64,000 bases of DNA from Methanofastidiosum sp. (lineage in GTDB: Archaea; Methanobacteriota_B; Thermococci; Methanofastidiosales; Methanofastidiosaceae): positions 3,170 through 67,169 of the forward strand of contig JAHKLW010000043.1 of NCBI GenBank assembly GCA_020854815.1, written 5' to 3'. The position numbers and the translations under genes are program-made. This document shows, piece after piece, positions 1 through 8,867 of this stretch. How positions within the stretch are numbered: position 1 is the stretch's first letter; each line of letters opens with the position of its first letter. The notes beneath the pieces were generated by a model, which saw nothing but the letters and a program-made list of their open reading frames with translations, ran no database searches and was not told the DNA's origin.

Positions 1-1080
1 TAGTCTTTTAGCTATCAGGCCTTCAAGAAGATCCTCAGACTCAGCCTTTTTGGCGAGGCTGATCTCTTTCTTTTGACCTGCAGGAACTGTCTGTGGAGTT
101 CCCTTTCCACTTACCTTTGTAGCATCCTGGGCCAGAACTATTAACGTGGAAAACTCCTTGCTGTAAAGCTCGTCTATTCTGGCCTCAGGATCCACACACT
201 TACCGATCTTTGTTTCCGCCAAAACTATCTGCTTGACAAGTGGCTTTTTTTCGATGGCAATGTTTTTGTTCATCGCCTCCACTTCAGCTAATGCCTTGGC
301 GACCTCTTTGTTGTCTACCATTGTTTTTCCTCCTGCAATGCTCATGGGCATTGCATTTTCAATTACTTTGGATCTATACGGGAATCTAATTGCTGTGTTT
401 GGGTCCTGCGGCAAAAAGCATTTTTTATCTTTTTGGCACTTGGGAATGATTGCTATGTGGTCCGCTATGTCGATGTCCCCAATTGCTACCTTTGGGCTGC
501 TCCCTCCAATCATTGATAGATCCAGATTAGCATGCTTATCGTCTAAAAGAAAATCATACATCATTGCAGTCAAACTAGGCTCGTAGTACGATGCTACAAT
601 TGTTCCAACGTCAGGGCCTTCATGTGTTGACTCTGGTGTTGCAAGATCATGATCAACGTATCGTAACGGCTTGTTTCTAAAAAGTGGCGATATCCTCTCA
701 ACATCCTTTGCTGATAGGGTAACATAAGTTCCATCCTTCGCTTTGTATCTGCCTGGTGTAAGCCCTATTGCAGTGTGAATAGTCTTACCTGTCTTAGGGC
801 ATGGCCTTTCGGCTGCCAGAGTAAATTCAGTCAGGTAATACTGCGCATTCTCTACAAAGTTAGGCTCGTAAGGTGCCAGTACTACGGTGACGGTCTTATC
901 GGGTCCTGGATTTATATCACGGACATTGAAATCTTTTAGGGCCTCTTTGATCTTCTCGACCATGGCCTGATCTAGCTGCTCTATCGGCTCCTGGGACTGT
1001 TGCTCCGGCTGTTGCTGCTGTAGTTCTGGCTTTCCCTGCTCCTGGGCAATATCTGTCATCACGTTCTTTGAGGGTGTCAT
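1..1080 (-). CDS. Putative phage head (capsid/scaffold-like) protein, 3' part outside window; not in supplied ORF track
   Basis: Hand-translated every codon from ATG at 1080..1078 down to position 1 with no stop (about 360 aa, MTPSKNVMTDIAQEQGKPELQQQQ...). Q-rich N-terminus. It lies downstream of the terminase-portal-repeat protein genes in the minus-strand head module. Confidence 0.45.
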   Translation of the reverse strand, partial: MTPSKNVMTDIAQEQGKPELQQQQPEQQSQEPIEQLDQAMVEKIKEALKDFNVRDINPGPDKTVTVVLAPYEPNFVENAQYYLTEFTLAAERPCPKTGKTIHTAIGLTPGRYKAKDGTYVTLSAKDVERISPLFRNKPLRYVDHDLATPESTHEGPDVGTIVASYYEPSLTAMMYDFLLDDKHANLDLSMIGGSSPKVAIGDIDIADHIAIIPKCQKDKKCFLPQDPNTAIRFPYRSKVIENAMPMSIAGGKTMVDNKEVAKALAEVEAMNKNIAIEKKPLVKQIVLAETKIGKCVDPEARIDELYSKEFSTLIVLAQDATKVSGKGTPQTVPAGQKKEISLAKKAESEDLLEGLIAKRL

Positions 1081-1081
1081 T

Positions 1082-2326
1082 TTAGCCCTCCTTTGTCCTG
1101 ATGTACTCGATTGATGTTATTGCTCCTGCGGTCTCCCCAACTGTCCCAGCTGATACCTGTACCTGCACGGCTGCGATTCCGTATAGTTCTGGAATAACTA
1201 CTTCAATTAACTGGTCTGCATCGCTGTCAAGCTCTATGTAGTCCTCAGTCGCTGGTATTGTTGCATATGGGCATTTTACCCTGTTGTGGTCCATCAAGAA
1301 CAGATCCGTGTCGCCTACCTCTGTCTTTGCAAGGAATTTTAATCGTGCATTCTGGGAGCTATTGATCTCCACTTTTACATATAGGGCCAGAGAGTCCCAT
1401 CCCTGGACACCGATTGCATCCCCTATATCGTTGAATGTTGCAGTTAGAGTTGCATAATTCATTGTCATTGCCAAGGCTGTGTTTATTGGTGCTGCTTCAA
1501 ATGCCACTAGCTGGATTGATGCATTTCCTGTATGGGTTGTTACTGCAGTGCATGTCAGGTCTGTTACTGCATCTAGCTCTGCTATCAATTCAGAAAGAAG
1601 ATTTCTATCTGCATGTGTGAGATCATACGTTGCATCTGCCGGGGTGTACGTCAGAGTTTTGGCTGTGTTTATTGGTGCTGCTTCCAAGGTGTCAAGAAGT
1701 GCCGAGTCTGTATCTCCTGATATTTCTGTGGCTATTGTGCATGTCAGGTCGGCCTCTGCATGAAGTATTGCTATGATCTCTGTAAAGGTGTTTTTTGCCG
1801 CATTTGTAAGATCGTGTGTCTCATCTGCCGGGGTGTATGTTGCTGTGACTGCTTCAGCCACTAGATCTGTTTCCACCATTGCATCCAAAAGATTTGAATT
1901 GCTGGCCCCTGTTGCCCCTTCATCTATAGTGCATGTGATCCCTTCAACTGCATTGAGGACCGATACCATCTTTGTGATTGTATCCTTGTCACCGTCTGCA
2001 AATGCATAGTTTGTAGGGGTGCCGTCTATTGTTAGAATTACCTTTGTAGCATCTATTGTGATTGTTGCAGTTTCCTCTGCTGTCGGGGTGTAGCTTATCG
2101 AGAAAGCATGGACGTTGGCCCTTGCTATTGTCAGGGTGTCTGTTGCCTGGGCGACTGTGGCCGTTCCTGTACCTGTGTATGTTAGTGTGAATCCTTCAAC
2201 ATTTGCTCTGGCTATTGTCAGGGTGTTTGCTGCAAGTGCTGCAGTTGCTGTGCCTGTACCTGTGTATGTTAGAGTGAGTGCAGACACGTTTGCTATACTC
2301 AAACTTTGCTTACTATCTCTTACCAT
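1082..2326 (-). CDS. Thr/Ala-rich repeat protein (Ig-like beta repeats); putative head decoration or fibre protein
   Basis: 414 aa with internal protein repeats (LTYTGTGTATAALAANTLTIARANV x2; about 60-aa TYTPAD...EAAPINTA x2). Matching DNA tandem repeats are present. It sits in the head gene block. Confidence 0.45.
   Translation of the reverse strand: MVRDSKQSLSIANVSALTLTYTGTGTATAALAANTLTIARANVEGFTLTYTGTGTATVAQATDTLTIARANVHAFSISYTPTAEETATITIDATKVILTIDGTPTNYAFADGDKDTITKMVSVLNAVEGITCTIDEGATGASNSNLLDAMVETDLVAEAVTATYTPADETHDLTNAAKNTFTEIIAILHAEADLTCTIATEISGDTDSALLDTLEAAPINTAKTLTYTPADATYDLTHADRNLLSELIAELDAVTDLTCTAVTTHTGNASIQLVAFEAAPINTALAMTMNYATLTATFNDIGDAIGVQGWDSLALYVKVEINSSQNARLKFLAKTEVGDTDLFLMDHNRVKCPYATIPATEDYIELDSDADQLIEVVIPELYGIAAVQVQVSAGTVGETAGAITSIEYIRTKEG
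1476..1850. repeat. Intragenic tandem repeat, about 186-nt unit x2
   Basis: gctgtgtttattggtgctgcttc... recurs at about 1476 and about 1662; catctgccggggtgta recurs at about 1632 and about 1822. Confidence 0.6.
2117..2290. repeat. Intragenic tandem repeat, about 87-nt unit x2
   Basis: ggcccttgctattgtcagggtgt...cctgtacctgtgtatgttag recurs with few mismatches. Confidence 0.6.
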
Positions 2327-2331
2327 TTCTT

Positions 2332-2556
2332 TTATTCCCTCCTGTCAAAAAAACTAATTATTGCTGCTAGTGCGGCCATGAGCCCTATGCCAGAGCAGAG
2401 GCCTAAGAGAAATCCGCCAAGGAAATCCCCTAGCATGTTCCCCTCCTGTAAAATTTCCTGATGATTAATATTGGAATAAGCAGAATTAGGGCCAAGATCT
2501 TGACTAGAAAGCCTCTCATCTGATGCCCTCCGTTGATATGTTTCCTGCTTCCTCAA
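2332..2556 (-). CDS. Small membrane protein (provirus)
   Basis: 74 aa with a hydrophobic C-terminal half (GGFLLGLCSGIGLMAALAAIISFF). Confidence 0.3.
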   Translation of the reverse strand: MRKQETYQRRASDERLSSQDLGPNSAYSNINHQEILQEGNMLGDFLGGFLLGLCSGIGLMAALAAIISFFDRRE

Positions 2557-3727
2557 TCAGCCTTGCGACTACTTCCTGAGTGATCTGCTGGGATTCAGGG
2601 CCTAATGGAATCTTTTGGGTCATCTGGGTGTATCTGCCGACAGCATCTGCTATCTCCTGAAGTATGCGGACATTTGTCAGGGCATCCATCTGATTGACCC
2701 TATCAAAGGTGACCGTTGCTTTGACACCGAGATGCTTCAAATAGATGTATTCAATGAAAGTTTTCAGCTTGTCCTGATTGGGCTTTACTGCCTCATAGAT
2801 CATGAGCTTGATCCTTGCCTCTGTATCTGACTTGTAGGCATCTGCCATGAGGGCGGCCTTTGGGAAGGATAGATCGACAAATATCTGATCTGAGGCTGTG
2901 TCAATCAACTTGTCGACATTCATCTGAACATTTCCGGGGCCCTTGAACTCTACCTCCCAATCCATCGGCACCATGTAGAATGAATCATAGCTCTCATCCT
3001 GGCCCATCTCGTAGACATCGGCTTTCTCTTCATCTGAGGCAGTGTCAGGATATTTGAAAATTGCAAAAGGTTTCCAGAATCTCTTCATCAAGGTCTTTGA
3101 GCCTTTCTTAATTTCCAGGAGCTGCTCAACTGTATGGAAGGCCGGGAGAGCTGCAGAGATGCCATATAAATCGTCTGAAAAGAGCCTCTTCATTATGAAT
3201 ATCTCTATGTTGTTCTTGTCTAAAAACTGGTGATTTCCCTGCTGGGAGATCTCTTTTATCAGCTGCTTTTCATCATCCCAATCTACAATGAAGCTTCTAG
3301 GATCCCTGATCTTGAAGAGGTCCTCTCCTATTTCCACAACCGCACGGCCAAAGATCAGGGCATTTAGAACTAACATCTTTGCCTTGTCGGCCATCATGAC
3401 CTTTTGATTGAATAGATCTATCATGGTCTGCGAGGCCTCATCCTCTGCCCTAGCCTCAAATCCCTTGGCCGTTGCATCTGCAAGCATGTTGAAGGCGGTG
3501 TTCACCTGCCCGCACTTCATGTAGGCATTTAGCCCCAGCTGCATCATTCTCTCTGGGGCAAGGGGCAGGACCTGATCCTCTGCGGTCTTTTTTGTCTCTG
3601 TAAAGAAAGGCCTTGCAAAGGAGAATATCCTGGATACCCCCCTTGCTATAATGTTCTGTTGTTTTTTCTCAGGTGTCTTTCTGGAAAAAGGATTTCTCAT
3701 TGTATATCTATATGTTTGGAGATGCAT
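2516..3727 (-). CDS. Putative portal protein
   Basis: 403 aa. It is the first large gene after the large terminase in the minus-strand head module. Size and position fit a portal, but no motif-level proof. Confidence 0.4.
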   Translation of the reverse strand: MHLQTYRYTMRNPFSRKTPEKKQQNIIARGVSRIFSFARPFFTETKKTAEDQVLPLAPERMMQLGLNAYMKCGQVNTAFNMLADATAKGFEARAEDEASQTMIDLFNQKVMMADKAKMLVLNALIFGRAVVEIGEDLFKIRDPRSFIVDWDDEKQLIKEISQQGNHQFLDKNNIEIFIMKRLFSDDLYGISAALPAFHTVEQLLEIKKGSKTLMKRFWKPFAIFKYPDTASDEEKADVYEMGQDESYDSFYMVPMDWEVEFKGPGNVQMNVDKLIDTASDQIFVDLSFPKAALMADAYKSDTEARIKLMIYEAVKPNQDKLKTFIEYIYLKHLGVKATVTFDRVNQMDALTNVRILQEIADAVGRYTQMTQKIPLGPESQQITQEVVARLIEEAGNISTEGIR

Positions 3728-3747
3728 ATTAAGAAAGGTGTGAAATT

Positions 3748-3784
3748 ATTTAGGCCCTAAAAATGAAATTTAGGCCCTAAATTT
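3748..3784. repeat. Two direct copies of atttaggccctaaa (20-bp period) in the provirus AT-rich intergenic region
   Basis: Copies at 3748-3761 and 3768-3781, plus a third GGCCCTA at 3829-3835. This is the core of the provirus-wide TTAGGGCC motif. Confidence 0.6.
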
Positions 3785-4068
3785 GAACAAATGTCCAGTT
3801 TTATAAATCTGTCAAGAGGTCAAATCGAGGCCCTATTTTTAGGGGTAGGGGTTTGCGGGTTACAGCGGACATAAAAAAATTATATACCTAGTAGTAATAT
3901 ACTATAATTCTGGCCTTAAAAATAGAATTATTTATATTTTGTCAACACTAAATAAAACTCTAATTAACTTAAAAATTATCAATGGTATATGCAAAATGAA
4001 AATATAAATGAATACTAGGGGAGTAAGAAGCAATAATATAACTTTACCTATCCTCATAATATCTCCTA

Positions 4069-4197
4069 CTAATTTTTTAATCTGGCCAGTTCTACCTCTC
4101 GTCTTGGTATAAGGATGTGGCACTCGCTATAGTCCTCAGCGCTGCAGATCTCCTGCCAGTCGCACCCTATACAGTTACAAGGGGTATTATTTTCCAT
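4069..4197 (-). CDS. Small Cys-rich protein (42 aa), hypothetical
   Basis: MENNTPCNCIGCDWQEICSAEDYSECHILIPRREVELARLKN. Its start overlaps the stop of the upstream small ORF (ATGGAAAATAA). Below the ORF-track size cutoff. Confidence 0.25.
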   Translation of the reverse strand: MENNTPCNCIGCDWQEICSAEDYSECHILIPRREVELARLKN

Positions 4198-4339
4198 CTT
4201 TCTCCTCATCGTCTATGATCTGGACCCTTACTTTTCGGCCAATCCAATCTCTTGGTACGGTGACAGCTCCCCCGCCTCCGCTTTTTGTTACCGTGGCCTC
4301 AAGCCATCCTTTTTCCTTATCAAATCGTATTACCGCCAT
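4187..4339 (-). CDS. AbrB/MazE/SpoVT-like small DNA-binding protein (50 aa)
   Basis: MAVIRFDKEKGWLEATVTKSGGGGAVTVPRDWIGRKVRVQIIDDEEKDGK. The VTVPRDWIG...V.V segment resembles a swapped-hairpin AbrB/MazE fold. Below the ORF-track size cutoff. Confidence 0.35.
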   Translation of the reverse strand: MAVIRFDKEKGWLEATVTKSGGGGAVTVPRDWIGRKVRVQIIDDEEKDGK

Positions 4340-4443
4340 GATGTATATTCCTTTATTTATCTTTATATATCTTTCCGTGTTTAGACCGAAAGCTTTATAT
4401 ATAAGTAATAGTAAGGATTAATAAGGATAAATAAAGAGGTAAT

Positions 4444-4635
4444 ATGATGGATAAGCAAACTGCAATTAGAATGTTTGAAGCAAGAAAGACCTCTATTGAA
4501 GGGGCCATAAAAACTAGATCTGAAGGTAAGAACGACTTCTCCAACTGGAGGCTTGTGTCAGATGAGAAGCTTGAAGGAATACTCTTTGAGGTCAAGAACG
4601 TCCTCAATATACTAAATTTTGTGGAGGGGAATTAA
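4444..4635 (+). CDS. Hypothetical protein (provirus, plus-strand module)
   Basis: 63 aa. First of three translationally coupled plus-strand ORFs, with AT-rich upstream promoter-like sequence. Confidence 0.4.
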   Translation: MMDKQTAIRMFEARKTSIEGAIKTRSEGKNDFSNWRLVSDEKLEGILFEVKNVLNILNFVEGN

Positions 4636-4886
4636 TGAGCCTCTCCAAGGACGATTTGAGATCACTCAGGAGGTACCTCAAGAAGAACTGCCCAGGCCTT
4701 AAAATTACCACTGGCCGGGGTGGATGGCACAGGATGACCTACGTCAGGGGCTCTGGCGAGGGGCAGAAATTCACAGAAGAGGAAGTCCAATTCCTCACTA
4801 AGATAGGGCTTTTACCCTGCAGGAACTTCTCCAGCATTAATATGTTCCAGGCGGAAAAAATATTAGAGGAGGTGATTAGAGCATGA
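4635..4886 (+). CDS. Hypothetical protein (provirus)
   Basis: 83 aa. Overlaps the previous stop (ATGA coupling). Confidence 0.4.
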   Translation: MSLSKDDLRSLRRYLKKNCPGLKITTGRGGWHRMTYVRGSGEGQKFTEEEVQFLTKIGLLPCRNFSSINMFQAEKILEEVIRA

Positions 4887-5263
4887 GCATTGAAGAAGAT
4901 GCTATTAGGATAGTAAATGAGATGGTCAAGCAGATAGGAGATCTTGGAATACCTACACCCGATATGGTCCTTGACTGCTATACTAGAGTTTGGTCCACAA
5001 TGTACATCCAGAGCTCAAAGAACTGCTATGGCAATTCTGGCCCTAGAAATGAGGCCAAGCCAGTAACTCCAGGACCTGAAGATGACCCTATCGTTGCTGC
5101 ACTAAAGAGCATGGACGGATGGGGATATCCTGACAAGATTGCAAAGGCCCTGAATAGCACAGAGTCAGCCGTTGTCCCCCTGATAGAAAATGCACTTGCC
5201 AACGGTAAGATCTACCAGGCCAAGAAGGGCTACTATTCTTTGACTGACAAGCCTAAAAAGTAA
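4883..5263 (+). CDS. Hypothetical protein, possible wHTH C-terminus (provirus)
   Basis: 126 aa. Coupled to the previous ORF and convergent with the terminase gene. Confidence 0.4.
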   Translation: MSIEEDAIRIVNEMVKQIGDLGIPTPDMVLDCYTRVWSTMYIQSSKNCYGNSGPRNEAKPVTPGPEDDPIVAALKSMDGWGYPDKIAKALNSTESAVVPLIENALANGKIYQAKKGYYSLTDKPKK

Positions 5264-6740
5264 ATGCATTTTTATTTTTATATTTCCCTTTTATTATCCT
5301 GCTTCCTTTTATTTGAGGCTTTTTAAATCTCAGGACCCCCATGGCGATTAATAGTGTATCAACATGATCATCATGCTGGCCGACTAGATGGGTGAATCTC
5401 ACATTTCCTGCTGCAGTTACTTCCTTTGTGAAGTCTAAAAATTCTTTTTTTATCTTATCGTCAGTTGAATAGATCTTAATCCTTCCCTCATGGAAATACC
5501 TTGCAAGTGCTTCTACTGCGGTGTTCTTTGATATGGTCCTTCTCTTTACACCGTGTTCCACTCTCTGGTGCTCGGATATTCCAGCAGAGAGCATGCAGCC
5601 TTCGACATTGATATTTTTAGGGCCAAGGGCAGCGGTCAGGACCTCTATCTGATTCTCGCCAACTCCAATATCTGGGAAGATCGCATAAGGCTTTGGCCCT
5701 AATTTTAAGGCCAGCTCTATTGTCTTCTTTGTGACGTATGTATAGGGAGACTGGAAAGAGTGATATTGGACCACTGCAATGTTTTCAGGATCTGTCACGT
5801 CAATAATGGCTATTACCGATTTGTCTCCTGTCAAGAGGGATTTGCCCCAGTCTATGCAGTAGATATATTTTCTCTGCGGATCAGGAGGGACGTACTCTCC
5901 AGGAACAAAAGCCGCCTCAACTTCATCGTAGTCAAAGGGATTGTCTAGGCCTCCTTCAAAGGAGTTCTCATACTGCATTTGGAATATGATCGGGTTGTCA
6001 TCTTTTGCCGATTTGAGGAAGTCCTCCTGCTGTTTGTACTCCTGCTTTGTTATGTATTTTTTCTGCTGCTCTAATGCCTCCCAGCAGCTCACTTTATGGA
6101 CACTGTATTTCCCTGATGTCACGATGTTGTACCAGTCCGCACCCTTCCCGTACTTTCCCCAGGAAGAGGATGCAAGTATCAGTTTACCGCCAGTCTTTAG
6201 TAGTGTTGGCCTTAAAACTGAGGATATGATCGAATCCGCATTCTGTATCCTTCCGACCTCATCAACTAGGGCCAGATGTGTTGAATCCCCTACAGCCGAT
6301 TCCCCGTCTTCAGATAGGGCCATTGCTACCATGCCAGAGCCGTTTGAAAGGGATATCTCCGTCTTTGCCCATCTCAAATCCGTATCTCCGCCCTTTCTAG
6401 TCATTGGCTTTATCAGGTCATTCCAATATGGGGAGCTCCTCAAAAGCTTCTTTGTCCTGTCAAGGATCCTTACCCCATGTTTTAGCCTTACTCCAGTTGC
6501 TGTTATGAAAAAATAATCGTTCAATAACAGCTGCGATGCCGCCTTGACGGATAGTGTCATAGTCTTCCCGGTCTGCCTTGACTGGAGCCATGCCTGGAAC
6601 TGCGAATCATCCCTGATGAATTCCCTCTCATAGGGATATAAGAAAAGCTCCTTCCCTTCCCAGGTGAAAAAATCTGTTGCAAAGTCCTCTGGAAATTTTT
6701 TATAATACTCGTTAATCTTCTGGGAAAGTCCGGGTATCAT
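5253..6740 (-). CDS. terL: Terminase large subunit
   Basis: 495 aa. Walker A QSRQTGKT, Walker B-like LALVDE, nuclease-domain acidic motifs YCIDWG and HDDHVD. Confidence 0.85.
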   Translation of the reverse strand: MIPGLSQKINEYYKKFPEDFATDFFTWEGKELFLYPYEREFIRDDSQFQAWLQSRQTGKTMTLSVKAASQLLLNDYFFITATGVRLKHGVRILDRTKKLLRSSPYWNDLIKPMTRKGGDTDLRWAKTEISLSNGSGMVAMALSEDGESAVGDSTHLALVDEVGRIQNADSIISSVLRPTLLKTGGKLILASSSWGKYGKGADWYNIVTSGKYSVHKVSCWEALEQQKKYITKQEYKQQEDFLKSAKDDNPIIFQMQYENSFEGGLDNPFDYDEVEAAFVPGEYVPPDPQRKYIYCIDWGKSLLTGDKSVIAIIDVTDPENIAVVQYHSFQSPYTYVTKKTIELALKLGPKPYAIFPDIGVGENQIEVLTAALGPKNINVEGCMLSAGISEHQRVEHGVKRRTISKNTAVEALARYFHEGRIKIYSTDDKIKKEFLDFTKEVTAAGNVRFTHLVGQHDDHVDTLLIAMGVLRFKKPQIKGSRIIKGKYKNKNAFTF

Positions 6741-6748
6741 CCATGCAC

Positions 6749-7267
6749 TTACTCCAGTATGAATGACTTAAAATAGGTGAAGAATCCCGCCTGGATATCT
6801 TCCTCGGGGATATTTAAATTTTGGGCCAAAAGCTTACGGTACCAGTAGAGCTGCGAGCCTACGTTATAGTTCCTGTAATTCTTGAAGTCCCATATCTCAA
6901 TCTTTCCGGCATTGAATCTTATGATGTCTATGTGGCCAGAGACGTTGTCAAAGAAGGAGTATATCGGGACCTCTGCTGCTACCGTCAGATCGTCATGATC
7001 TATCATGTAGTTCTCCACCTGATCATGTGGGCTCCCAGGGTAGAGGCGGAAGGCTTCTTTGGCCATCTCCGGGAGCTCTGTATCAATCTCTATGTAGTGC
7101 TTGTACTTCGGCTCCCTCATCACTGAGGCCCTGCCCATGAAAGGGAAGAGTTCTTTATGCCACCTGTCGCCTTCCTCATAGACTTTTTTTAGGTAACTAT
7201 CCAGGCTATCTATAGTTTTTTTATTCACTTTGTGCTGGAAAAGGTAATACGGGGCCTTTACCCCCAT
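6749..7267 (-). CDS. Hypothetical protein between TerS-like and TerL
   Basis: 172 aa, no recognizable motif. Confidence 0.4.
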   Translation of the reverse strand: MGVKAPYYLFQHKVNKKTIDSLDSYLKKVYEEGDRWHKELFPFMGRASVMREPKYKHYIEIDTELPEMAKEAFRLYPGSPHDQVENYMIDHDDLTVAAEVPIYSFFDNVSGHIDIIRFNAGKIEIWDFKNYRNYNVGSQLYWYRKLLAQNLNIPEEDIQAGFFTYFKSFILE

Positions 7268-7293
7268 CTTTTTTGTAATGATCTCATCATCTG

Positions 7294-7827
7294 TTATTTG
7301 AAATCCCTCCTCTTCATTCTTAGGGCCACAATGGCCTCAATCTCCGTGATGCTTGCCGGGGGCTTTTCTCCGCCGTCCTGGTCCAGTTCATCTAATATCT
7401 GCATGATAGTCTTTGCTATTGCGGAAACATTGTCAAGGGGAACGTCAAGATATGTGAGGTACTGCATCCTTGCCATGAGCTTTATCAGGGTGTCCATCCT
7501 CACTTGAGTTGCCGCAGCTTCTGGATCCAATTCAAATTCTGGCAGGAGACTTTCGGCAATCTCCTTGTAGTACTTGCTCTTGTCCATCGAGTTCTGCAGT
7601 AACTTGCTATACTTGCCATGCTTTGTGTGGGTGAGTGCGACTTTCAATCTGCCCTGAGCAGTTTTAGGGCCAGTAGAAGATCCGCCGTGGAGCTTGCATC
7701 TCCCCTCACCCGGGTGATCAGTGCCCCACCCTGCAGGCCTCTTGCACGGCTTTTTCGATTGCTTTGCATTTGCCCCGCATGTAGGATAGGTAACTTCCTT
7801 TTCTTCCCCCGGCCCTAGTAGCAGCAT
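7294..7827 (-). CDS. Terminase small subunit-like protein (Zn-ribbon CxnC...GRCKLHGG motif)
   Basis: CGANAKQSKKPCKRPAGWGTDHPGEGRCKLHGGSSTGPKT matches the GWGTDH...GRCxxHGG signature of a widespread phage small-terminase family. Lies upstream of terL. Confidence 0.5.
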   Translation of the reverse strand: MLLLGPGEEKEVTYPTCGANAKQSKKPCKRPAGWGTDHPGEGRCKLHGGSSTGPKTAQGRLKVALTHTKHGKYSKLLQNSMDKSKYYKEIAESLLPEFELDPEAAATQVRMDTLIKLMARMQYLTYLDVPLDNVSAIAKTIMQILDELDQDGGEKPPASITEIEAIVALRMKRRDFK

Positions 7828-7866
7828 CTAGTTTTTCTCCTTTGAAAATAAAAAAAATAATAAGGC

Positions 7867-8187
7867 CTATGAGCAGGGCGGGCTTACAGTGCGGTCAACT
7901 TTAGGGCAGTTGACGGTGACAGTTCCAGTTATGACGTACTTGTAAATCTCCTGAGTCCTGTTCAGATTGTCGATGTACTCCGTTGCCTTAAGCCATCCAG
8001 CAGCCTTGAACTGCAGGAATACCTTTGATTCCTTGTAATTACTGTTGCTTGTATTCAGCCCAGCTGGCTCCCTTAGCTGGTACCAGAACTCGTTGCCCTC
8101 CCTATTCAGGGTATTGACTAGAACTCCCCTCACCCAGACCTTATTCTTTCTCAACTTGTCGAGATATTCTTTTGCCGATTCAAACAT
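7867..8187 (-). CDS. Hypothetical protein (provirus)
   Basis: 106 aa. Confidence 0.35.
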   Translation of the reverse strand: MFESAKEYLDKLRKNKVWVRGVLVNTLNREGNEFWYQLREPAGLNTSNSNYKESKVFLQFKAAGWLKATEYIDNLNRTQEIYKYVITGTVTVNCPKVDRTVSPPCS

Positions 8188-8200
8188 TGCAACACCTCGT

Positions 8201-8434
8201 TTACTCCTTTATCAGTTTGGCCTTGAGCATGGCAGCTCTTAGCTTCTTAGCCTCCGCCTCTACTTTGTCTAATTGGACCAATCCGAATAGAACTAAGATA
8301 GATATGACTGCTGACCCTATCGTTTGCAGTAGATCTGCATAGTTGCTGAAGCCTAACTGGCCCACGAGATTCACTAGAATTGCAAGGATTGCCAATAATT
8401 GTGTTTTATTCAGTGCCATAGCAAACACCTCCAT
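8201..8434 (-). CDS. Small two-TM membrane protein (holin-like?)
   Basis: 77 aa with two hydrophobic segments and a charged C-terminus. Confidence 0.3.
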   Translation of the reverse strand: MEVFAMALNKTQLLAILAILVNLVGQLGFSNYADLLQTIGSAVISILVLFGLVQLDKVEAEAKKLRAAMLKAKLIKE

Positions 8435-8630
8435 ATAGCTAAAGTGCTTATGGGCATATTAAGAAAGGTGTGAGAAAAAAAGAAAAATTATTTCTTGATT
8501 CTATCTCTGCAACGGCTACATAGATTTTCTGCTTGCCCGTGATAATTGTCTCCTTGCCGAACTGGCTCAGTCCAATAACACCCTCCTGGACATGCATAGT
8601 GATCAGAACATCCGCAAATTCTACATACTG

Positions 8631-8867
8631 TCAATTTATCAATCCCTGCAGCCAATTCTCAAATATTTTAACAGAATGTACAGCCCATACCCTATCCTGT
8701 TCTTTTTGTTCTTCTGTTAGATCAATATAATCTATCCATAATTGCTGCCATCGATTGAATCTTTCAAGGCTTATTTTCTCAGTTTCTGCTATGTTTTTAC
8801 TCCAGTTCATCCACTGCTTATGCTCCAAGTCTGATAGCCTTTCAATTAGTTCCTGTCTTGAATTCAT
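8631..8867 (-). CDS. Hypothetical protein (provirus)
   Basis: 78 aa, coupled to the upstream ORF. Confidence 0.35.
   Translation of the reverse strand: MNSRQELIERLSDLEHKQWMNWSKNIAETEKISLERFNRWQQLWIDYIDLTEEQKEQDRVWAVHSVKIFENWLQGLIN

Noticed and set aside
233-586. Plus-strand 117-aa ORF at the window start
   Set aside because: It lies entirely inside the uninterrupted minus-strand about 360-aa ORF that fits the head-gene operon. It is hydrophobic and low-complexity, typical of a shadow ORF.
1435-2357. Four plus-strand ORFs (61-94 aa) opposite the repeat-protein gene
   Set aside because: They are antisense shadows caused by the Thr/Ala codon repeats (ACx/GCx), have no independent signals and overlap the long coherent minus-strand gene.
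3932-4123. ORF-track 63-aa minus-strand ORF in the provirus control region
   Set aside because: Very hydrophobic, AT-rich translation that overlaps, in another frame, the better-supported small ORF pair 4069-4339. Kept out of the feature list.
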